From a virus, in the IMG/VR virus record IMGVR_UViG_3300036985_006248, positions 96,001-160,000 of that record: a DNA stretch of 64,000 nucleotides. The stretch is one strand, 5' to 3'. The notes beneath the pieces are model-generated. The model was not told where the DNA came from and searched no databases. It saw only the letters and a list, made by a program, of their open reading frames with translations. Below, piece by piece: positions 37,970 through 46,829 of the stretch (the first letter of the stretch is position 1; each line of letters opens with the position of its first letter). A program made the position numbers and the translations under genes.

Positions 37970-38749
37970 TTAACCGGCAATTAATTCCTCAAAAGCTGAA
38001 TCGACTGCCGACTTACCTTTTGCTGGCGCTGCTGGAGCAGAACCGCTATACTTCTTTGTTTCAGTGGAAGCGGCTTCGGCGTCGGTGTCATTATCCGCGC
38101 TCGCAAGGTATTGGTCGAGGATTACGGAAACTTCCTGTGAAGTCTTGCGAGTGTGCAAGGTATCAAAACTTGGGATTGATTCCAAGAGATTCTTACATTC
38201 TACGGAGGTACCTTGACAAAGCTTGCTTGTTTTACGAGCAGGAGTAATCTTTGTCATAGGGAAAGACTGACCGGGTGCCTTAGCTGATACGATTGACAAA
38301 TCTGTACCAGCTTCTAGGTCGGTAATATCACCATAATCTGGATTAAGAACAAGATTAATAAGATCTTGATAAGCGAGCTTACCATAACCCCAAATCTTGA
38401 TACCTTCAGCTTCTTCGCTGCGAACTAACACAGGTGAGAAGAAACGTTGTCGTGGAAGGAACTTCTTAGCCATCTTAGCTGATTCTTCATCCTTTTCACG
38501 ATAGAGTTTGCTAGCAAAATCACACGCAGCGCAGCTATCTCCAAAATTCTTCTTTGGACACAAGAAACCTCCTTGCGTTCCTAGTTCATAATGGAACCAG
38601 TATTCCTTAAAAGGATCTCCATCCGGTGTAGATACAATCCGTAATGAATAAGTCTGACCTTCCTTCGGACTCCAAAAAGCCGTCTTACCACCACCACGAT
38701 TCTGTAATGCTGACAGCTTCGCCTTCATCTTCTTAACGTCGATACCCAT
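37970..38749 (-). CDS. gp32-like single-stranded DNA-binding protein
   Basis: FW.P...RIV, WFHY, C...C..C zinc site, DITD...G.D, acidic tail AFEEL; next to recA. Confidence 0.8.
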   Translation of the reverse strand: MGIDVKKMKAKLSALQNRGGGKTAFWSPKEGQTYSLRIVSTPDGDPFKEYWFHYELGTQGGFLCPKKNFGDSCAACDFASKLYREKDEESAKMAKKFLPRQRFFSPVLVRSEEAEGIKIWGYGKLAYQDLINLVLNPDYGDITDLEAGTDLSIVSAKAPGQSFPMTKITPARKTSKLCQGTSVECKNLLESIPSFDTLHTRKTSQEVSVILDQYLASADNDTDAEAASTETKKYSGSAPAAPAKGKSAVDSAFEELIAG

Positions 38750-38826
38750 GTTTTTATTCTCCTAGTTGCTCGGTAAATATCCCGGCAACAGTTGTGAACC
38801 ATAACATCTATTGTGTTATGGTTAAA

Positions 38827-39063
38827 TTACAAAGTTGCTTCTTCCTGCTTTACTTCACCTTCTACGGTTTTCCAATTAAATACTCGAAAACCGCCAACTT
38901 GCAAATCCCACACAAGTTCTTTTCCTTCGCCTAAATCATGTTGCTTGCTTGCTCCCTTGACTTTATCAGAAAGAAATTCTTTTGGCAAGTCAGAAAGTTT
39001 AGCAAAATGTATTTCACGTACTTCGCCGCTTTTCTTTTTATATACGGCATGATAACTGTTCAT
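38827..39063 (-). CDS. WYL_2/SH3 beta-barrel-like protein
   Basis: YKKKSGEVR...VWDLQVGGFRVFN; start at 39063. Confidence 0.6.
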   Translation of the reverse strand: MNSYHAVYKKKSGEVREIHFAKLSDLPKEFLSDKVKGASKQHDLGEGKELVWDLQVGGFRVFNWKTVEGEVKQEEATL

Positions 39064-39070
39064 GTTGCTC

Positions 39071-39907
39071 CTATAGTTGGATTGCTTTACTGCAATAAAC
39101 AACAAAGCAAAAATCAGCATCTGCTGATGTACTGTTGATAGTATACGAAACTTTCGTGTTGTCAACAACTTTACTTTTTAGCTTATCTTTTATAGAGCGC
39201 AACACCTTAGAATCACCGTTTAAAGTTTCTTCGGTAAGGAAGAAATGATAAACTTTATCATCTATTGATAGCATATTATACATTGAATTTTCACTATCGT
39301 TAAGCGAATTATAATAGGCAAATGTCATTATCCGAGAAGCGTCTTTTGGTTTATTAGAATTATCAATTATTGGTTCACCAGTTTTTATACTGATGTGTGT
39401 TCTTAATAAAGATTTTACAGTAAGATTGAATTGTACATCGAAGTTTTTGATTGAAGTCTCACCCATAATACTCTCTATCAAGGTACTGTCTAGTAAAATA
39501 ATATTTTCGAATACTCCTGAGCGGGTGTATTCTTGCAATACGTTACGTATTACTCGTTCTTGAATTTTTTGTGTATAAGTTAAGAAATCTAATTGTGGTA
39601 CGAGGTAGACAATACTAATTTTTTTAGTTTTGATCTGTTGTAATATAGCTAAGGCACAATTTGCTACTTCACACTCTCCACTTAAAAAAAACATCACCTC
39701 ATCGCCAATATCAGATAAGAACTTGGCTAAGTCAGGGGTGTTTCTTTCATATTCTTCTGGGGAGTTCTGCGGAGCGATGGAGAAGCAGTTCTCTCCTTCG
39801 ATATCTTTATCGATTAGTTTGATGATATATGGCGCATCACTAGATATTTCGTATGTCTCTCCTATATCACAAGCTTTTGCACCAAGACAAATTATTGTTT
39901 TCATCAA
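39071..39907 (-). CDS. Degenerate tubulin/FtsZ-like protein
   Basis: IICLGAKACDI resembles FtsZ T1 loop; IILLDS resembles IxxxN strand; GGGTGT signature absent. Confidence 0.4.
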   Translation of the reverse strand: MMKTIICLGAKACDIGETYEISSDAPYIIKLIDKDIEGENCFSIAPQNSPEEYERNTPDLAKFLSDIGDEVMFFLSGECEVANCALAILQQIKTKKISIVYLVPQLDFLTYTQKIQERVIRNVLQEYTRSGVFENIILLDSTLIESIMGETSIKNFDVQFNLTVKSLLRTHISIKTGEPIIDNSNKPKDASRIMTFAYYNSLNDSENSMYNMLSIDDKVYHFFLTEETLNGDSKVLRSIKDKLKSKVVDNTKVSYTINSTSADADFCFVVYCSKAIQL

Positions 39908-41118
39908 TCTACCTTTAAATTTAACTTTTTTAAATCGCCGTAGTTTTTACCAGCTTTTACGTTAACAGGAAATTTACCGTATTTTGTATCTTGCAATATT
40001 TTGACTATATCAACTAGATACTTTTTTTCATCGTCTGTTATATCTAGTACGCATTCATCGTGAATCATAAATGATACAAAAGACTTTTTGTTATTTAGAA
40101 AATCATCTACTTTAATTATCTGACGATGAAATAAATCAATAAAAGTAGATTGATTCAAATACGATATTGCGTGATGTCTATCAGCTTCTATCTTACGATT
40201 ATATGGGGTGTGTATATACCCATCAATCCAATACTTTTTTAACAACGCTTCTTTATCGTATAATTCAGATAACTCAGCATCATATTTGACTGATAGTGGA
40301 GAATGTGACTCATATAACCATGCAGTGGCTGTAGACTTCGATTCTGACCGGTCTAGCTGCCCTTTAAAAACGTTTTCAGCACTCCACCCGTGTAAGTCAC
40401 CTTCTATCTGAGCTTTTCCATTTAAAGCCAATGCAGTGCGTAATTCCGCTGCGTTCATATCAAAGACGACAAACCAATCGTTCTTCGGTACAACAACACT
40501 TCGATATTGTTTTGGAAATGTCAACATAGGAAAGCTGTTTTTATTCATTGTCAGGCGTCCTGTAATACTGCCAAACATGTTATAAGAAATATTGTTTGTG
40601 CCGTTTGCAATCTTCTTATAGAACGTCATCGCGCTTTCTTTCCATAACTTGTTTTGGATATTATCAAGTTTGATATTTAAGTCGCGCATTTTGATATCAT
40701 GAAGCAATTCTGTGAACCGTTTATAAAATGCATATTCATCAGGCTTTTTATATTGTTGAAATATGTGCTCACATATCTGATTTCGGATATGACAATACTC
40801 CAATAAGAAACGCTGCGGAGATAAATCAAAAAAGCAATTTTCCTTAAGAGAAACCTTTGATTCTAAGCAAGACGAGATAATGCTTTTAAGTTTCTTGTTT
40901 GCTCTCGCCCAATCCTCTTTTAAATGTTCTGGGCAGCTTTCATCAAGATTCTTACCCTCGCAATATATTTGGGCATAATCAATGTCTTTACCTTTTAAGA
41001 AGCCGGAATATGACCAAGTTTTGCTGAGTGTTTCAGGAAGTGGCTTATGAAATTCTAACGTATCATTTGCGTAGATTCCCACGCATTCATTCTTATCATC
41101 AAGTGTTTGAAATAGCAA
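39904..41118 (-). CDS. Family A DNA polymerase, polymerase domain only (divergent)
   Basis: ITGRL, motif A FDMNAAELR, motif C IHDE, G.NYG. Confidence 0.75.
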   Translation of the reverse strand: MLFQTLDDKNECVGIYANDTLEFHKPLPETLSKTWSYSGFLKGKDIDYAQIYCEGKNLDESCPEHLKEDWARANKKLKSIISSCLESKVSLKENCFFDLSPQRFLLEYCHIRNQICEHIFQQYKKPDEYAFYKRFTELLHDIKMRDLNIKLDNIQNKLWKESAMTFYKKIANGTNNISYNMFGSITGRLTMNKNSFPMLTFPKQYRSVVVPKNDWFVVFDMNAAELRTALALNGKAQIEGDLHGWSAENVFKGQLDRSESKSTATAWLYESHSPLSVKYDAELSELYDKEALLKKYWIDGYIHTPYNRKIEADRHHAISYLNQSTFIDLFHRQIIKVDDFLNNKKSFVSFMIHDECVLDITDDEKKYLVDIVKILQDTKYGKFPVNVKAGKNYGDLKKLNLKVD

Positions 41119-41126
41119 TTTATCCT

Positions 41127-42476
41127 CTAGAACACGATCTCAGGTACAATCATACTTTGAGTATTCTGTTCTACTACCTTACCTATCTGTTGTAAAGAAG
41201 AAAAGTAATATACGTTTTTGAATTGTTTAAAATATTTATTTAAAAAGTCTAAAGCACGGTAGGTACTTCCCGCTGCTAAGAAGTTATTGGCTTCTCTAAC
41301 AACGTTCTCAAACTCTTGTTGTGAGAATCCCCTGTTATCTTCATAGTTTCTCAAGTAAGCACATGTTCTCAACCAATGTTTATCTGAGAAGAACTTTTCA
41401 TATTCTTCAATTGTTAGCGGGATCCTTTTCTTAGTTATGATTTTGTTAAAATCACAAATATCTAATTTTTTGTAATCCGGCTCATAGAAAGGCGATAGCG
41501 CCACTAGTGCAGTATAAGCATTATAGAAGAAATTCTTCATATAGTCCAATTCGCTGTGAGCGGTCTGCACATAACGTTGGTTAAAAAGGTCATCAACGCT
41601 GTTGATGCCGTATCTACGCATATACCCATTATGATTACCAGTTACCCCTTTCATAGCTGGAGAATTTAAATCAGCTATAATTCTCCATGGTACATTTGCA
41701 TCTATTTTGAATCCAAAACGGTTGCAGGCATCTGAAAAACATATAAAGTCCGAATCTAAAAAGTATTTATTGAATTTTATTGTATCGTTATCCGCTTTAT
41801 CGTTGGCTATATCTATGACCAACCCACTGACAAAAACCGAAAAATTACTTGACAGTGCGATATTTGATTTTGTGACAGACACTCTATTCTTTGCTTGCGT
41901 ATATAAGAAATTTAAGAACTTCTTATTAAAACTCTTTGCATCATTTATTTCAGAAGAAATCTTGGTATTATTATTCACATATCCAATAAATTTATCTATC
42001 AAGTTAAGCTGTGTGGCATTAATAGAAACTCTTGCATTCACTTGCGCTTTATGGGCTTTTAAATTATAGAAAACGCTTTTCTTTGATAATTTGCCAAGCG
42101 ATGCCGCTGTTTGCAAATATGCTTTCATTTCTGTAAAAGCATCTACCACGAAATCCATAGCTAACTTCTTTTGCTCATCGGCGGAAGGTAATTCCTTCAT
42201 GAAAGATTCAATAGGCAAAACCACATTCAAGTCTTGGTCTATTAAACCAAATAAAGAATTTCGCTCTATCAAATTAGCAAAAGGAATTTTGTTTGCTAAA
42301 GTTTCATTAAGGTATGGCAGAACAAAACGATAGTAATATTCTCTATCTTGGAATAAGACGCTTAAAGAATTAACTGAGTTTTGTCCTAGGGGCTCCGGGA
42401 AAGGAAAGTATATTTTTTCTTTCTTTTGCAAATTTATAAACAACGGTGATAGTTCATTTTTTGTTTTATTTGCCAT
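41127..42476 (-). CDS. Hypothetical protein
   Basis: Long ORF at the end of the baseplate operon. Confidence 0.6.
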   Translation of the reverse strand: MANKTKNELSPLFINLQKKEKIYFPFPEPLGQNSVNSLSVLFQDREYYYRFVLPYLNETLANKIPFANLIERNSLFGLIDQDLNVVLPIESFMKELPSADEQKKLAMDFVVDAFTEMKAYLQTAASLGKLSKKSVFYNLKAHKAQVNARVSINATQLNLIDKFIGYVNNNTKISSEINDAKSFNKKFLNFLYTQAKNRVSVTKSNIALSSNFSVFVSGLVIDIANDKADNDTIKFNKYFLDSDFICFSDACNRFGFKIDANVPWRIIADLNSPAMKGVTGNHNGYMRRYGINSVDDLFNQRYVQTAHSELDYMKNFFYNAYTALVALSPFYEPDYKKLDICDFNKIITKKRIPLTIEEYEKFFSDKHWLRTCAYLRNYEDNRGFSQQEFENVVREANNFLAAGSTYRALDFLNKYFKQFKNVYYFSSLQQIGKVVEQNTQSMIVPEIVF

Positions 42477-42488
42477 AATATTTTCACA

Positions 42489-45400
42489 TTAACAGTTGTG
42501 ATCTGTTACCACGACTTCATCTTTGCCACCATCTTTTTTACGCATAACGCTTGCGGCGTATGTACACTTCAAATGAGTTGTATAGTTTGTATCAACCATA
42601 TCTGTCTTTACGTTGGTAACTAGATAATAGCCACCTATACCTAGTTTTTCGTTTAAATCAAGCAGTTGTTTTGTGTTGTACATATAGTTTGGACTAATAA
42701 AAATATAATCACCGGGAAAGAATATATTATTTCCAAACATTTCTACGTCTGCGTTATATATTCGCTTTATGTTTGTTCCAAGACCTCTGCCTTCTGCGCG
42801 GGCTGCCATTTCTTGTTGATAAGGCGCATTGACTTTAGTGAATTTTATTTTTTTAATAATTCCCGAATCAGAACCCATTCTGAAATGGAAGACTCCGTTG
42901 TTTATATCGCTGCTTTCACTGCCATCAAGATTTTTTGGAAATCTACTGCTGCAAACTAAAAACATATAGTTAACATGTTCTGTACTAGATCCGGCTATAG
43001 AATGAGAATCGTGTAATTTATCAATTGGAGCTTCCACTAGAAAACCATTATTTTTCTTAATATTTTTTAATTTAGTAATTGTCGCTTCGGCAATGGTCGG
43101 CGGATTCGTTCTGCTGTCTGTCGTTTTTCTATCCATTAAGATGTCCTTACCATCAAATGTAGGAAAAGAAAAATAAGCACTGGAAATTCTTATAGTGGAA
43201 TTAATAGCAGTGGAACGTCCTAGAACAGAAGGGGACGTTGCGGGAACAATGAGAAAAGCAATTATGTCTTTTATAAACTGTATAACGGGATATCTTTCTT
43301 TTCTGGGTTTAACCATGCACTCAATCATAAACTCTTGAAATAAATTAAATGATATCGGTATATGCGCCAAACTAGGATAAATTGCAGGTAACCTTTTTAC
43401 GACGCTTTTATCCTGATTTAAGATATTTTCTTTAGAAGGCAAAATAATAGGTACGTTTCCTATTACGATTCTAGGCGCTTCGCAATTTGGCTCAATCTGG
43501 CTCATACACTCTAAGGCAATATCTAAAATATCCCCAAGAAAAATGAATTTAATACGATATTGTTCATGATCTAGATTTGTTTTTCCCGCTAGTTTATCAA
43601 GCTCCTTTAAAGCCGCGTCGGTGGCGGTGGCGGCGGTAGTTTTCGAGTCTTTTTCACCCGATGCTGGCGGGTCTGTATAACCAACTAATGCTGTATTAAA
43701 TGAGTTTGTATCTAGCGGCTTTACACTGATTAAATTATTGCCGTCTAATAAAGCTGCCTGTCTTACTTTTGCATCGTTTTCCTTTCCTTGATGAGAATTC
43801 ATACCAAGTATTTCCGGCTTAAAGTTTCCAACATATATTTGTGGAGATATTGTTTTTTCTTCACCGGGGCCAGATGGTAACTGTTCTGATCCAATAAGAT
43901 AATTGAAAATACCATTATAGAAAGTTTTAGTTCTCACAAACAGTTTTTCTTCCAATTCCTCTTGCGTCAGTTCGCTATATTTTGGATCTTTTTTAAATTC
44001 TTCTAATTCTTTTTTTATTTGTTCTTCAGATTGGCAAGCATCATTTTCGTTTAAATCGTTTATTTTTTTATTTTTCGAAGCAATAAACATTTCATATTCT
44101 TTTATTAAGATGCGAACGTTACGAACTTCTTTTGTTATAGAAAACAAGTCGGCGTCATCAGAAGCAAGCATAGAATCAATGGTAGCTTGAAAATTAATTT
44201 TTAAGTTTATGGTGCTATCATCATTAAAAGATATATCGTGTTGGTATGGATTCAAATATAAAATTACTTTTGTTTTTGTAATTGCTTCCATTATAGAATT
44301 GTAATCGTCTGCACGTCCACAGTTTGTTAAAATATCTCTGGTAATCTGTGGTGAGGGTGTAGCATATCCACATTCTACTTTTATACGATAATATTGTTGG
44401 TTAAAGACATCTTTATTTGGACCTGTGAATCTCGCCATCTGATTGACTAAATCAGAATATGAGAACTTTAATGGCTTCGATTTAATCTTGGTTGGTATAC
44501 GAAACCTTGAATCCTCAAAATCCATAGCTATTTCCCTGACCAGTTCCATAGGATTTTGAAAAAAGATATCTATTGAAGCGTGTATGTTTGTATTAATTTC
44601 TGCTGGATTGGTGCCCTTGTACTCATAAGAAAAGGATTTAATGCCAACGGAACGTAAGCCGCCATTGCCATTTAAGATTTCATCAACACTTTGCACTGCA
44701 AACCCGCTTGTTTCTCCACCTTGGAATACAACTGCGTCATCAAATGGTATTCTCCAATCGTGCCCTTTTAAATCTTTTGCGGCAGGTAATGGCTTTCCAT
44801 CACTGCCATAGGAAACAGGATAAAACGTTTTATAAAGCTTTACAGAAGGCAGAAGCAAAGATAATATTTGAGGTGGCAAATCTCTAAAAAACTTGGTCAT
44901 GTTTGAATTTTTAGTGAAATTGTTTGTCAAAAAGAAATGTCCACTAGGAGTTTCTTTTTCGCTCTTGTGCTCTATGGTAGCAAAGTTTTTATATATCTTA
45001 TCTTTTATTGATAAGACTGTGCCATCAGCATTGGGCTTGTTTACTTTAGATAATATTTCTTCAATTGTAAGGATTAAGGCAGCTTGCTCACTTAAACGGT
45101 TTTCTTTTGCAGTAGCGGCGGCGGTGGTGGTGGCGGCGGGGGCTTGTTCGCTATCAGTTCCGGTAGATTTTGGCAATACATCTGTTAATTTTTTAACGAC
45201 ACGTCCACTGTGGTTGCCAGAACCCTGTGCATAACCAAATTGTTTATTATAGATTTCATCTGCCAAAGCCTGTGCTTGTGCATCTGACACACTTTCTATG
45301 TTTTTTTTCTTTTGTTTAGATAAAAATCTTTGGAATCTTTCAAGTATTATAACGGTTTGATCCACTGATTGTCTTGCTATTGCGGCGTCATTGAGTTCAG

Positions 45401-45659
45401 CATTGAAGCCGCCAAAAAATGTGCTTTTATCGTCTAGTTTGGGAGCATATTGGTCTTTTGCTCTCTTTAACCAATACTTTTGAATTCTTAGTTCTAAATC
45501 ATGTGTATTTGAAAAATCTTTTGAAACAAAAATTCCATTTTTAGCGGCATACTCTTTGCTCGCTTCGTCGGCGTCGGGCTGCTGCGCCCGGTGGTCGGTA
45601 AGAATTTGACTATGAACTTGATTATTTAAATCTTCTATCTGAGCTTCTGTGAGAGCCAT
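42489..45659 (-). CDS. Putative baseplate hub protein
   Basis: C-terminal ADVEMFGN..F.PGD...GYYLVTNV pattern of gp27/gp44-like hubs; position. Confidence 0.55.
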   Translation of the reverse strand: MALTEAQIEDLNNQVHSQILTDHRAQQPDADEASKEYAAKNGIFVSKDFSNTHDLELRIQKYWLKRAKDQYAPKLDDKSTFFGGFNAELNDAAIARQSVDQTVIILERFQRFLSKQKKKNIESVSDAQAQALADEIYNKQFGYAQGSGNHSGRVVKKLTDVLPKSTGTDSEQAPAATTTAAATAKENRLSEQAALILTIEEILSKVNKPNADGTVLSIKDKIYKNFATIEHKSEKETPSGHFFLTNNFTKNSNMTKFFRDLPPQILSLLLPSVKLYKTFYPVSYGSDGKPLPAAKDLKGHDWRIPFDDAVVFQGGETSGFAVQSVDEILNGNGGLRSVGIKSFSYEYKGTNPAEINTNIHASIDIFFQNPMELVREIAMDFEDSRFRIPTKIKSKPLKFSYSDLVNQMARFTGPNKDVFNQQYYRIKVECGYATPSPQITRDILTNCGRADDYNSIMEAITKTKVILYLNPYQHDISFNDDSTINLKINFQATIDSMLASDDADLFSITKEVRNVRILIKEYEMFIASKNKKINDLNENDACQSEEQIKKELEEFKKDPKYSELTQEELEEKLFVRTKTFYNGIFNYLIGSEQLPSGPGEEKTISPQIYVGNFKPEILGMNSHQGKENDAKVRQAALLDGNNLISVKPLDTNSFNTALVGYTDPPASGEKDSKTTAATATDAALKELDKLAGKTNLDHEQYRIKFIFLGDILDIALECMSQIEPNCEAPRIVIGNVPIILPSKENILNQDKSVVKRLPAIYPSLAHIPISFNLFQEFMIECMVKPRKERYPVIQFIKDIIAFLIVPATSPSVLGRSTAINSTIRISSAYFSFPTFDGKDILMDRKTTDSRTNPPTIAEATITKLKNIKKNNGFLVEAPIDKLHDSHSIAGSSTEHVNYMFLVCSSRFPKNLDGSESSDINNGVFHFRMGSDSGIIKKIKFTKVNAPYQQEMAARAEGRGLGTNIKRIYNADVEMFGNNIFFPGDYIFISPNYMYNTKQLLDLNEKLGIGGYYLVTNVKTDMVDTNYTTHLKCTYAASVMRKKDGGKDEVVVTDHNC

Positions 45660-45662
45660 TTT

Positions 45663-46001
45663 TTATCCTGTCATGTAGTTTAAAACTAAATCTAGCGGCG
45701 TTGGGATGTCTATTATATCACCAACTTGTAAATGTGCTTCAGTTGGTTTTTGATTAAACTTAGCTATAATCCACCAATCTTTCGCATCGCCATAATATTT
45801 TTCTGCAAGCTTGTAATATCTATCGCCCTCTTTCCAGATATGTTTGGTGATAGTTAAATTGCTGTATTGATCAGCATCAGGATAATAAAACTTTGGGCTA
45901 GTATATTGATTTATGAATTTTACATTTCTATTTTTAAAAATGGTTTCATACATTTCAAGATTATTTTTTGCCATACTTCTATTTTTATATCTGTTTATCA
46001 T
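45663..46001 (-). CDS. LysM/gp53-like baseplate wedge protein
   Basis: GDRYYKLAEKYYGD...WWIIAKFN...GDIIDIP. Confidence 0.8.
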   Translation of the reverse strand: MINRYKNRSMAKNNLEMYETIFKNRNVKFINQYTSPKFYYPDADQYSNLTITKHIWKEGDRYYKLAEKYYGDAKDWWIIAKFNQKPTEAHLQVGDIIDIPTPLDLVLNYMTG

Positions 46002-46015
46002 TTTAGTTCATCCCA

Positions 46016-46828
46016 TTATCGTGGTTTCAAAAAGTCGCTAGGATTGGAAAGGTCGGGTAGTATTTGCCGTTTAGCAGGTGCGAGCACGGCATTTTCTCCT
46101 GCCTTAGCTTCTGAGTGTTTTATAGTTGTTTGCGTTTCTGCAGATGGAGTAGCGGGCTTTTTTACTTCGGGACGTGTCTTTTCTTCGCTATAGCCATGTG
46201 GAAACGCACCAAAGTTTATTCTTGGAAATTGCTTGCCTTCGATGGTTTCATTCCCCAAAACATGCTCATGGATAATATTCAAATTTAAAGATACAGATAT
46301 CAGCTTTGGAAGAATTACTTTTTCATCTTTAATAAAAAAGCCACTATCTACTTTTGGTGCAAAATCAAAATTTCCTATATAGCACAAAAGTCCAGTTTTC
46401 AATGTGTCTCCAGCGGTATTAGTGGCCGGGTTAGATATTAAATTTCCGAATTTAACACGAAACATCGGTGGAGAAGCTAGAGTTCTTGTGCCGAGACTTC
46501 CTTGACTATAAATAGGATACAAACCTCTTATTAAAAAATCTATTTGATCCATATTAGATGCTGCTGTCTCAACAGAATCATTGGGCACATCAAATGCAAG
46601 AGAAATTACTCTGCTTGTGTTTTTAAAAGTTGAGATAGGATCCATTTTTCCAAGAACAGTTTCTGTTTTCCAATCGCTCTTGAAGCCATCCGTGAAAGCT
46701 GTTATAAAAGCAGGAAACTTAATTGTTTTTTGTTTCTCGCTAAACGCCCCATTCGAAAATGAGTATATTTCTATGTTGTAGGGAGAGCTTTCTTTTGATG
46801 TTAGTTCTTCTATACCACTCATTGCCAT
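46016..46828 (-). CDS. Baseplate/tail tube initiator-like protein
   Basis: GKMDPI..FKNT.R.ISL.F...PPMFRVKFGN; follows tape measure. Confidence 0.55.
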   Translation of the reverse strand: MAMSGIEELTSKESSPYNIEIYSFSNGAFSEKQKTIKFPAFITAFTDGFKSDWKTETVLGKMDPISTFKNTSRVISLAFDVPNDSVETAASNMDQIDFLIRGLYPIYSQGSLGTRTLASPPMFRVKFGNLISNPATNTAGDTLKTGLLCYIGNFDFAPKVDSGFFIKDEKVILPKLISVSLNLNIIHEHVLGNETIEGKQFPRINFGAFPHGYSEEKTRPEVKKPATPSAETQTTIKHSEAKAGENAVLAPAKRQILPDLSNPSDFLKPR

Positions 46829-46829
46829 A

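Noticed and set aside
39071-39907. Evidence for a nucleus-forming (PhuZ/chimallin) phage
   Set aside because: Tubulin signature is missing, no chimallin or multi-subunit RNAP is seen, and the capsid is T4-like
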